Shown: in pieces, positions 9,438 through 17,316 of the stretch
Layout of the letters: every line of letters begins with the position of its first letter
Position numbering within the stretch: position 1 is the first letter of the stretch
NCBI GenBank assembly: GCA_964436455.1
Contig: CAYTDB010000006.1
Span: forward strand, 11,372-75,371
From: an uncultured Anaerolinea sp.
GTDB taxonomy: Bacteria > Chloroflexota > Anaerolineae > Anaerolineales > Villigracilaceae
Direction of reading: 5' to 3'
DNA length: 64,000 nucleotides
Made by a program: the position numbers and the translations under genes
The notes under the pieces: model-generated
Seen by the model: the letters and a program-made list of their open reading frames with translations, nothing else
Database searches by the model: none
What the model was told of the DNA's origin: nothing

Positions 9438-9589
9438 GGTTGAACTTGCTTTTTATTGTCATGTATATATTTACCATTTTGGCTTATCCTGTTGTGTTTC
9501 TTCACGGCAAACTACTCCCGTTTTCAATAGCAAGAAATGTATTGGTTATTGCCCGGAAGTTCCAGGTGGATAACCTATTGAAACGATGA
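9434..9589 (+). CDS. 51-aa single-TM microprotein (absent from the ORF track)
   Basis: AGGAG RBS and ATGA overlap; MRLNLLFIVMYIFTILAYPVVFLHGKLLPF... Confidence 0.55.
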   Translation: MRLNLLFIVMYIFTILAYPVVFLHGKLLPFSIARNVLVIARKFQVDNLLKR

Positions 9590-9611
9590 CCGGCAGGAAA
9601 GAAAGGCGATC

Positions 9612-10355
9612 ATGCGTACGCAAAAGATAATTTTTCCAGAACAGGAAGTGCTATGCGTTTTCCCCAGCAAGCCTTCGGATCTGCCTCAAGCCATTTCAGA
9701 ATTACGGCTGTCTGACGGTTATCCTGTCATTGTGCTGATCGGCGGCGGAATTGACGAACTGCAGGCGGATGCGACCCTGCACGCCATCCAGACCATTGTC
9801 GGGCTCGCAGACGACTTGAATGCAGTGGTCATCTGCGGCGGGACCGACATGGGGGTCATGGCTAAAATCGGCCAGATACGCTGGAAAAGCGGGTTTAACT
9901 TTCCTTTGGTGGGCATCGCACCTGAAGATTTGGTTACCTGGAGCGGCGGTCCACGCAGCACAAAATTATTATGGTGGGGGAAAAAGCGCTGGAAGTTGGA
10001 GCCCCATTACTCTCACTTCATCCTGGTGCCTGGCAGTAAGTTTGGAGATGAGTCGTCCTGGATCGTCGATGCAGCGACCATTTTGTCCAAAGGACACAAG
10101 TCTGTGACAATCCTGATCAACGGCGGAGAGGTTTCCCGAAAAGACATCGACTTGAGCCTGGAGATGGGTCGTCCCGTTGTTGCTTTGAGCCGTACGGGAC
10201 GCCTGGCAGATGAACTGTCAAGAGAGTTTGACCGCAACAAATTGATCGCCATAGCCCCGGCTACCTCTGAGCAACGGATCATCGAGGTCGTTCAAAACGC
10301 ATTGGCTGTGACAGAAACCAGCAGACCGATCCCATCATTGGTCGGTAGAACGTAA
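9612..10355 (+). CDS. SLOG-superfamily protein, LSDAT type (TRPM N-terminal-like)
   Basis: VLIGGG, GGTDMGVM, LEPHYSHFILVPG..FGDE, LINGG and TGRLAD motifs. Confidence 0.8.
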   Translation: MRTQKIIFPEQEVLCVFPSKPSDLPQAISELRLSDGYPVIVLIGGGIDELQADATLHAIQTIVGLADDLNAVVICGGTDMGVMAKIGQIRWKSGFNFPLVGIAPEDLVTWSGGPRSTKLLWWGKKRWKLEPHYSHFILVPGSKFGDESSWIVDAATILSKGHKSVTILINGGEVSRKDIDLSLEMGRPVVALSRTGRLADELSREFDRNKLIAIAPATSEQRIIEVVQNALAVTETSRPIPSLVGRT

Positions 10356-10446
10356 GGCAAGAGGAGATGGGTTCGATTAATAAGAACAATCTCAGTGACT
10401 ATGTTCATCAAAGTTGCCTGCAATGTTCAATAACAAGAAGAAACAA

Positions 10447-10575
10447 ATGGGACACAAAGGTGTCAGCAAACGCAAACCGAAAAAATCAAAACCGGTTCCC
10501 GGCAACAATGTCGGCGGCTCTTCCAATAACCGTTCGCCAGTGCAGTCGCTGGTGAGCGACAAGAGCACCCCCTAA
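10447..10575 (+). CDS. Small Lys-rich basic protein, possibly truncated
   Basis: MGHKGVSKRKPKKSKPVPGNNVGGSSNNRSPVQSLVSDKSTP*; the stop follows a C-run. Confidence 0.35.
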   Translation: MGHKGVSKRKPKKSKPVPGNNVGGSSNNRSPVQSLVSDKSTP

Positions 10576-10687
10576 ACAGGGATGGCACAAAAAAAAACGT
10601 CAAACGAATGGAACAAAACACAAAAGAAGCACCAGGCAAATTTGGTCAGGCACAATTTTGATCGTGCGGCCTAGAAAGGAGGCGACA

Positions 10688-12166
10688 GTGAAAATCCTGC
10701 TTGTTTATCCCGAATTTCCCGATACCTTCTGGAGTTTCAAACACGCGCTTAAATTTATCCGAAAGAAGGCAGGGGCACCACCGCTGGGTTTATTGACCGT
10801 TGCCGCAATGCTGCCTCACGAGTGGGACAAACGGCTGGTCGACCTCAATGTAACAGATCTCAAAGATGAAGATCTGGTATGGGCGGATTACGTCTTCATC
10901 AGCGGCATGGTCGTACAACGTACATCGGCGCACGACATCATTCGACGCTGTAAAACTGCCGGCGTAAAAGTTGTCGCGGGCGGTCCGCTCTTCACGATGG
11001 AACACAAGCAATTCCCGGAAGTGGACCATTTTGTCTTGAACGAGGCTGAGGAGACGCTAAAGCCGTTCTTGCTGGACCTGGAACAGGGTCAGGCTCGACG
11101 CGTTTACTCGTCCGAGGAATTTCCAGATATCCACCAAACCCCCATCCCGCTTTGGGAGCTGGCAGATCTCAGGCATTACGAGACGATCAGCATCCAGTTT
11201 TCGCGCGGCTGTCCTTTCAACTGCGACTTTTGCAACGTGACTGCGTTGCTGGGGCATCGTCCGCGCACCAAGACCGCCGCACAGATCATTGCCGAACTGA
11301 ATACGATCTATGCGCTCGGCTGGCGCAAGAGTATTTTTTTCGTGGATGACAACTTTATCGGAAACAAAAAGCAGATCAAGGCCGAACTGCTTCCAGCGCT
11401 GATCGAATGGCGCAAGAGTAAAACCGGCATGCCGTTCAGCACGGAAGCTTCCATTAACCTGGCGGATGACCCGGAGTTGATGCGGCTGATGGTGGAGGCT
11501 GGGTTCGATACGATATTTGTCGGGATCGAAACGCCCAATGTGGATAGTCTGACCGAATGCAGTAAGAGTCAAAACAAGGGACGTGACCTGGTGGAGAGCG
11601 TCAAACAACTCCAGCGTGCAGGACTCCAGGTACAGGGTGGTTTCATCGTCGGGTTCGACAACGATTCCCCTTTGATCTTTCAACAGCAAATCGACTTCAT
11701 TCAAAAAAGTGGCATTGTGACAGCCATGGTCGGGTTATTACAGGCTCCTTTGGGAACACGGTTGTACGAGCGCATGCAAAAGGAAGGCCGCCTGGTCAAA
11801 GAGTTTTCAGGCGATAACGTGGATGGCTCGACCAACATCATTCCCAGGATGGGGCTGGAACCATTGAGGGAAGGTTACCGTAAGGTCCTGCGCCATCTCT
11901 ACGCGCCCAAATTCTATTATGAGCGTGTTTTGACATTCCTGTGCGAATACCAGCCCCACAGGATCAGAGCACAATGGGATCCGCAATACATCCTGGCGCT
12001 GTGGCGGTCCATTTACGAATTGGGCATCCGCGGCGTCGAACGCTCCCACTACTGGCGGCTCTTTTTCTGGACCCTGTTCCGGCGTCCGCGTCTCTTCCCG
12101 CTGGCGATCACATTCGCAATCTACGGCTTTCACTTCCGCCAGGTGATCGAACTGCATGTTGCATGA
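10688..12166 (+). CDS. B12-binding radical SAM protein with a C-terminal DUF4070
   Basis: PPLGLLTVAA B12-binding start, SRGCPFNCDFC cluster motif; AAGGAGG RBS before GTG 10688. Confidence 0.9.
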   Translation: MKILLVYPEFPDTFWSFKHALKFIRKKAGAPPLGLLTVAAMLPHEWDKRLVDLNVTDLKDEDLVWADYVFISGMVVQRTSAHDIIRRCKTAGVKVVAGGPLFTMEHKQFPEVDHFVLNEAEETLKPFLLDLEQGQARRVYSSEEFPDIHQTPIPLWELADLRHYETISIQFSRGCPFNCDFCNVTALLGHRPRTKTAAQIIAELNTIYALGWRKSIFFVDDNFIGNKKQIKAELLPALIEWRKSKTGMPFSTEASINLADDPELMRLMVEAGFDTIFVGIETPNVDSLTECSKSQNKGRDLVESVKQLQRAGLQVQGGFIVGFDNDSPLIFQQQIDFIQKSGIVTAMVGLLQAPLGTRLYERMQKEGRLVKEFSGDNVDGSTNIIPRMGLEPLREGYRKVLRHLYAPKFYYERVLTFLCEYQPHRIRAQWDPQYILALWRSIYELGIRGVERSHYWRLFFWTLFRRPRLFPLAITFAIYGFHFRQVIELHVA

Positions 12167-12251
12167 CGAACGAATGCACTCAGATAATTTTGTAAATCGA
12201 CTCACAAAGGGTTTGTGGAACGTGCAAACTGGAATCGATTAAGGAGTTTAT

Positions 12252-12725
12252 GTGGAACAAAGCAAAATAACGATCGAACGCGATAAAAAGATCGCTCTTG
12301 TGGCACACGACAATAAAAAACGCGACCTGGTCGAATGGGCAAAATACAACAGGGTCCTCCTCGCGCATCATACGATCTATGCGACCGGGACAACCGGCAT
12401 ATTCCTCGAACAGGAGCTCGGTTTCCCCATTCACAGACTTGAAAGCGGGCCGCTTGGCGGAGATCAACAAATCGGAGCCAGGATCGTTGAAGGCGAAATC
12501 GACTTTCTGATCTTCTTCTGGGATCCGCTTGAGTCCCTGTCGCATGACCCGGATGTAAAAGCGCTTCTGCGGATGGCTGTGGTGTGGAACATCCCCATCG
12601 CCTGCAATCGGGCAACTGCGGATTTCATGATCTCATCCCCTCTGATGGACGAGGAATACGACCGCCTGCTTCCGGAATATGATGAATACAGGAATCGGAG
12701 GAAGATCGAAAGAGCATCAGACTGA
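12252..12725 (+). CDS. mgsA: Methylglyoxal synthase
   Basis: IALVAHDNKK, ATGTTG, SGPLGGDQQIG, FFWDP and HDPDVKALLR motifs. Confidence 0.95.
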   Translation: MEQSKITIERDKKIALVAHDNKKRDLVEWAKYNRVLLAHHTIYATGTTGIFLEQELGFPIHRLESGPLGGDQQIGARIVEGEIDFLIFFWDPLESLSHDPDVKALLRMAVVWNIPIACNRATADFMISSPLMDEEYDRLLPEYDEYRNRRKIERASD

Positions 12726-12770
12726 GTACCCGCGCAAAGAAATCCAATGACAGAATATGGAGTTGACATA

Positions 12771-12929
12771 ATGGCAGCAAAAACAGGCAATGGAAAAATC
12801 AGAAATACATCCAGGGGCATGCGCAAGCATGTAAGGCGAATGAAACAAGAGTCTCGCAAATTAGGCATCCCGCTCAGTGAATGGAAGAAAAAGGTGCGCT
12901 CACAACCAAGACCTAAAAAAGCGGCGTAA
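12771..12929 (+). CDS. 52-aa highly basic microprotein
   Basis: GGAG RBS; MAAKTGNGKIRNTSRGMRKHVRRMKQESRK... Confidence 0.55.
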   Translation: MAAKTGNGKIRNTSRGMRKHVRRMKQESRKLGIPLSEWKKKVRSQPRPKKAA

Positions 12930-12976
12930 TGAACGGGTCAATGCAGATTTAAGGTGAGAGAATATTTTGGAATCCA

Positions 12977-14470
12977 ATGAGTGCAAATAACAAACATCAC
13001 CGTGCCATTTTACAAGGCATCGCCCACCGGGCAATGTTGGAGCGAGGCTTGCTCCCTGATTTTTCGGCCGAAGCCATCGCCGAGTTAGGGAAGCTTCAGA
13101 TCCCTATATTAGCAGCCGATGGTTCCCCTGAGATTCGCGACCTACGGCACCTGCCCTGGGCATCCATTGATAACGATGACTCGCGCGACTTGGATCAGCT
13201 CACCGTTGCCGAGACGATGTCTGCCGACAAAGCAAGGATATTGGTCGCCATAGCTGACGTCGACTCATTCATAAAAAAGGGGTCGGCGATCGATGAACAT
13301 GCCCGTCATAATACCACCTCGGTTTACACCGCCGCCGAGATATTCCCCATGCTGCCAGAAAGAATATCAACTGACCTCACATCCTTGAATTTCAAAGAGG
13401 ACCGCGTTTCCATTGTTATTGAAATGCTGGTAGGCAATGATGGATTGGTTGAAGAATCCAAGATCTATCGGGCACTTGTCCATAATCATGCCAAACTTGC
13501 ATACAACAGTATTGCCGCATGGTTGGATGAGGCCGAAAACATACCTGGGGCTGTCTCCTCTGTCCTTGGGCTGGCTGAAAACCTACGCTTGCAGGATAAA
13601 GCCGCCCAAAACATGAAGAAACTTCGCCATATTCATGGAGCCCTCACCCTTGAGACCATTGAAGCCAAGCCAGTTTTCGACGGCGATCAGATCCGTGTGC
13701 TCGAAATTGAAGAAAAAAACCGTGCCAAGGAACTCATCGAGGATTTTATGATCGCGGCAAATGGTGTGACAGCACGCTATCTCGCAGCCAGCGGATTTCC
13801 CTCAATCCGTCGCGTGGTGCGCACACCCAAAAGATGGGAACGGATCGTCGAAATTGCCCGGGAATACAATTACGAACTTCCAGCCGATCCAGATTCAAAG
13901 GCGCTTGAAAATTTTCTCAACAAACAAAAAGCCGCAGATCCGCTTCGGTTCCCCGACCTCTCCCTGGTGGTAATCAAGCTATTGGGTTCTGGCGAGTATA
14001 TAGCCGAATTGCCTGAAGGGAATGCTCCAGGGCACTTTGGGCTGGCAGTCAAGGATTATGCCCACTCCACTGCGCCGAATCGCCGTTATCCTGACCTGCT
14101 GACCCAACGTCTCTTGAAAGCCGCACTGGAAGGGAAACCCATACCTTACGATATAGATGAGCTAGATCAACTGGCAACTCATTGCACCGAAGCGGAAGAT
14201 GCAGCCAAGAAGGTGGAACGGCGCGTCGAAAAATCCGCAGCTGCACTCCTGCTTGAATCAAGGATCGGGGAGCAGTTCGAATCAATCGTAACCGGTGCTT
14301 CCGAAAAAGGAACATGGGTCCGGCTTCTCACGATCCCTGTTGAAGGCAAGCTTGTGGAAGGGTTCGAAGGTTTGGACGTTGGCGAACCGGTCCGGGTGCA
14401 GTTGACCGACACAAACGTTGAGCAGGGATATATCGATTTCAAAAAAGTCAATTTGCCTAGACATGGATAA
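12977..14470 (+). CDS. RNB-domain (RNase II/R family) exoribonuclease
   Basis: SIDNDDSRDLD catalytic motif, HFGLAVKDYAHSTAPNRRYPDL, C-terminal S1-like region. Confidence 0.9.
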   Translation: MSANNKHHRAILQGIAHRAMLERGLLPDFSAEAIAELGKLQIPILAADGSPEIRDLRHLPWASIDNDDSRDLDQLTVAETMSADKARILVAIADVDSFIKKGSAIDEHARHNTTSVYTAAEIFPMLPERISTDLTSLNFKEDRVSIVIEMLVGNDGLVEESKIYRALVHNHAKLAYNSIAAWLDEAENIPGAVSSVLGLAENLRLQDKAAQNMKKLRHIHGALTLETIEAKPVFDGDQIRVLEIEEKNRAKELIEDFMIAANGVTARYLAASGFPSIRRVVRTPKRWERIVEIAREYNYELPADPDSKALENFLNKQKAADPLRFPDLSLVVIKLLGSGEYIAELPEGNAPGHFGLAVKDYAHSTAPNRRYPDLLTQRLLKAALEGKPIPYDIDELDQLATHCTEAEDAAKKVERRVEKSAAALLLESRIGEQFESIVTGASEKGTWVRLLTIPVEGKLVEGFEGLDVGEPVRVQLTDTNVEQGYIDFKKVNLPRHG

Positions 14471-14478
14471 GGAGTATT

Positions 14479-14868
14479 ATGAAAAAGAAAATCGGTTTGT
14501 GGATTGACAATCGGGAAGCGATTATTGTAAAGCTGACTGACAAGGGGGAACAAATCACCCGAATAAAATCCGACGCAGAAAAACAGGTCAGGTTCGCGGG
14601 CGGCTCCAGAAAGGATGGATTGCAAACAACAGAGGCGATTCGAGACAAAAAAAATGACACACAGCTCGGCAAATACTTTGATGACATCATCTCTCATATT
14701 CGTGATGCAGAGATGATCCAGATCTTTGGGCCAGGTGAAGCCAAGGATGGACTTGTGAAGCGTCTGGAGAAGGATGGGCTTAAGGAACGCACCGTCGAGA
14801 CTGAAACCACGGATAAAATGACGGATAACCAGGTCGCTGCCAAAGTTCGAGAACATTTTTTGAATTAA
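14479..14868 (+). CDS. eRF1-domain-2-like / host-attachment-type small protein
   Basis: IGLWIDNREAIIV...GGS...YFDDII..IFGPGEAK...KMTDNQVAAKVREHF. Confidence 0.7.
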   Translation: MKKKIGLWIDNREAIIVKLTDKGEQITRIKSDAEKQVRFAGGSRKDGLQTTEAIRDKKNDTQLGKYFDDIISHIRDAEMIQIFGPGEAKDGLVKRLEKDGLKERTVETETTDKMTDNQVAAKVREHFLN

Positions 14869-14907
14869 GGTGCACCAGAGAAATAAATATAAAAGTTGGA
14901 GGATCAC

Positions 14908-15171
14908 ATGAATGAAAAACGTCAATTCTCAATGGAGGAGGCTCGTTCGATCGGAACGCAGCTCAAAATCGAATGGTCACTGATCGACCTGGAACAGTTT
15001 CGGCGCGGGCTCGAGGTGGAACTCGAACACGGCGCACGCGATCCGGAGACCAATGTGACTGGTGATGACCTGCTGCTCACGGGAAAAATCGCCTGGGCGC
15101 ACCTGAAAGAGATCCGTGACTACTACACACGGTTGGATAAGATGGAGTCGGACGCGCAGACTCAAGTGTAG
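14908..15171 (+). CDS. DUF5661-family protein
   Basis: QFRRGLEVELEHG and TGKIAWAHLKE..DYYTRL. Confidence 0.8.
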   Translation: MNEKRQFSMEEARSIGTQLKIEWSLIDLEQFRRGLEVELEHGARDPETNVTGDDLLLTGKIAWAHLKEIRDYYTRLDKMESDAQTQV

Positions 15172-15193
15172 ATGGTGCTAAATTGGGCTTATG

Positions 15194-15280
15194 ATCAAAG
15201 CTTATACACACTCCACTGCTCCAAATCGCCACCATCCTGATCTACCAACCCAACGCCTGTTGAATGCGGTGCTGGAGGGC
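15194..15280 (+). pseudogene. Diverged fragment of an RNB ribonuclease gene
   Basis: IKAYTHSTAPNRHHPDLPTQRLLNAVLEG versus VKDYAHSTAPNRRYPDLLTQRLLKAALEG at 14048-14134. Confidence 0.8.
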
Positions 15281-15468
15281 TGGGTGCAACGCACTCCGGC
15301 CATTGCCGCAAGATTGACAGATCATCCATGGACGCCTGCTGAGTTGTTCGATTTTAAAGTTCCGCCACTGCGCTGGGAAATGCCAAAACAACGCGGAAGA
15401 CCATCCATCGCCACGCTGCAACTGGCTCAACAATGGGCTGCGTGACCACGTTTAAGTGTGGTGACACC
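15281..15468 (+). mobile_element. IS1-family transposase C-terminal remnant with right end
   Basis: QRTPAIAARLTDHPWTPAELF motif; ends ...GTGTGGTGACACC (GGTGTCACC on the minus strand). Confidence 0.65.
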
Positions 15469-17278
15469 GACGTTTCAGATTATCAATTGTGGGATATCTT
15501 CCCAAATGGCATTCATTTTATAGATTTCGAAAAGACAGCTCTGGAACAGGCTATTGATAATCTTACAGTAGAGTTGGGAGTTGCTGCGCCACCAATTGAC
15601 CGTGATTTTGATCTCCGGCCTTTGATCAGGAAACAGCTGAAAGACAAAAGTCTTGTATTCATTCTGGATGGCATCAAATCCATATACGATGTGGAAGGTT
15701 TTTTGGATATCATCAACCCCAAATCAAGTTTTCTGATCGCCAGCACGCGGCACAAAATAAATCAAGCCGATCAATCCCGCCTATACCTGGATCAGCTTGA
15801 AATACCAGAACAGTTTTCTCTTGATGAAGCGCAATCCGCTATATTCAATATACAAGAAAACCCTTTACAGGTTCGGATAAAAAAGTATTCAAAAACATCT
15901 ACGACCTTGTTTCAGGGTTGCCCCTGGCTATCGTTATCCTCGCCGGATTGTCGTCCGCTACTCAGCTAAGCTGGAAGACTATCAACAAGTCATTGAAGGA
16001 ATCCTCCATGAGGTCTCTGGAATATGGCGAGTGGTCATCCAAGCATGACAGTGTACGAATTGCCTTCGATCTTTCATATCATTACTTGAAGCGAAAGTCA
16101 TCTGTTGCAGCAGGCTGATTCGTGAAGACTGGATTGTTTTCTCGATCTTCGGGAAAATTATCCGATTTACAGCACGTGGCGGAACTCACAGACTCCGTTT
16201 TTCAAAGTGCATTGGATACGTTAGTGCATGCCAACCTCATTCGAGTCGTATCAGCACACAATCATTATGGCAGCTGGTCAACGCACAAATTATTGAGGGA
16301 TTATGCAGAAGAAGTTCGCCTAAACAAAGATCCCAGAAAATCGGCAATTGAAAGAAGGTATGTCGAATATTATGTGAAAATCGCACTGGGTTTTGAGGAT
16401 GAGTTCAATCAAGGTGTAATGCAGACAAATTCGTACACAGATTCGGTTCCTGAGATCTGCCATGCAATCGAGATTGCCCAAAATCATAATTGGAGTAGCG
16501 AATTTACGGCATTGGTCAGGGCAAGTGTATCACCCTTGATTAGCACGGGACAATTTCATGCTCTTAAATTTATCGAGCGAATTGGAAAAAAAAAGATATC
16601 CAACCACGCAATATCAAAAGAGCCCTTGTCCAAAATTCGTTAGCAGAAATCAAAATTTGGAATAACAACCCGCCGGACGCGATTCGACTGCTTGAGAACG
16701 TTATTAAAATCAATATCCCATCAGAAGCAGTTAATGCAGCAAAAAAACTTGCAAAAGTCTATATTAATGTTGGAGATCTGGCATCAGCAGAAAGGCAACT
16801 GGGCTTGATCCTTTCCATTCTGAACAAGTTACCAGCAGAATACCCTTATCCGAAAGAAGAGTTATGGGGAAAATATTACGAGATCACGGGAGACTATTAT
16901 TATCATGCATCACAACCGAGGTTGGCGCTAGACGCATTAACACATGCCCAGAAATATGTAATTAACTATGCGGAATGGGTAAATCAAATTCTTACTCTTC
17001 AGGCAAGATGTTTATTCGATCTTGGTGAATATCAACAGATACTGACCTCAATATCCCATTTATCCGACGACGATATGGACGTCTTTTCAAATTCTGGGAT
17101 CGACCGCAATTTATTAAGAACGGAATGCTACCAGCTTCTTGGTAATCTTGATGAAGCAAAAAGAATATTCAGAGTCACTGAAACAATGATCAATGATCAT
17201 TTAGAACAGCCTGGTCTCAAACCATATATTGATAAATTGAATGATTTACGAAATCTTATATATAAACCAAGACAGTAA
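15469..17278 (+). pseudogene. NB-ARC (STAND)-winged helix-TPR gene, 5'-truncated and degraded
   Basis: LVFILDG (Walker B), IASTR, GLPLAI, AFDLSY, THKLLRDYA, TPR-like helices; frameshift near 15850, TGA at 16116, frameshift in the A-run near 16590; AT-rich. Confidence 0.75.
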
Positions 17279-17316
17279 CCACATCGAACAAAAATCCAGC
17301 GTGTATACTTGCCAGC

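Noticed and set aside
16116..16118. In-frame TGA in the NB-ARC gene as recoding
   Set aside because: The gene also has frameshifts and a truncation, so this is ordinary decay
17285..17298. GAAC-N4-ATCC upstream of recD2 as a LexA box
   Set aside because: Two mismatches to GAAC-N4-GTTC and a single instance; too weak to support
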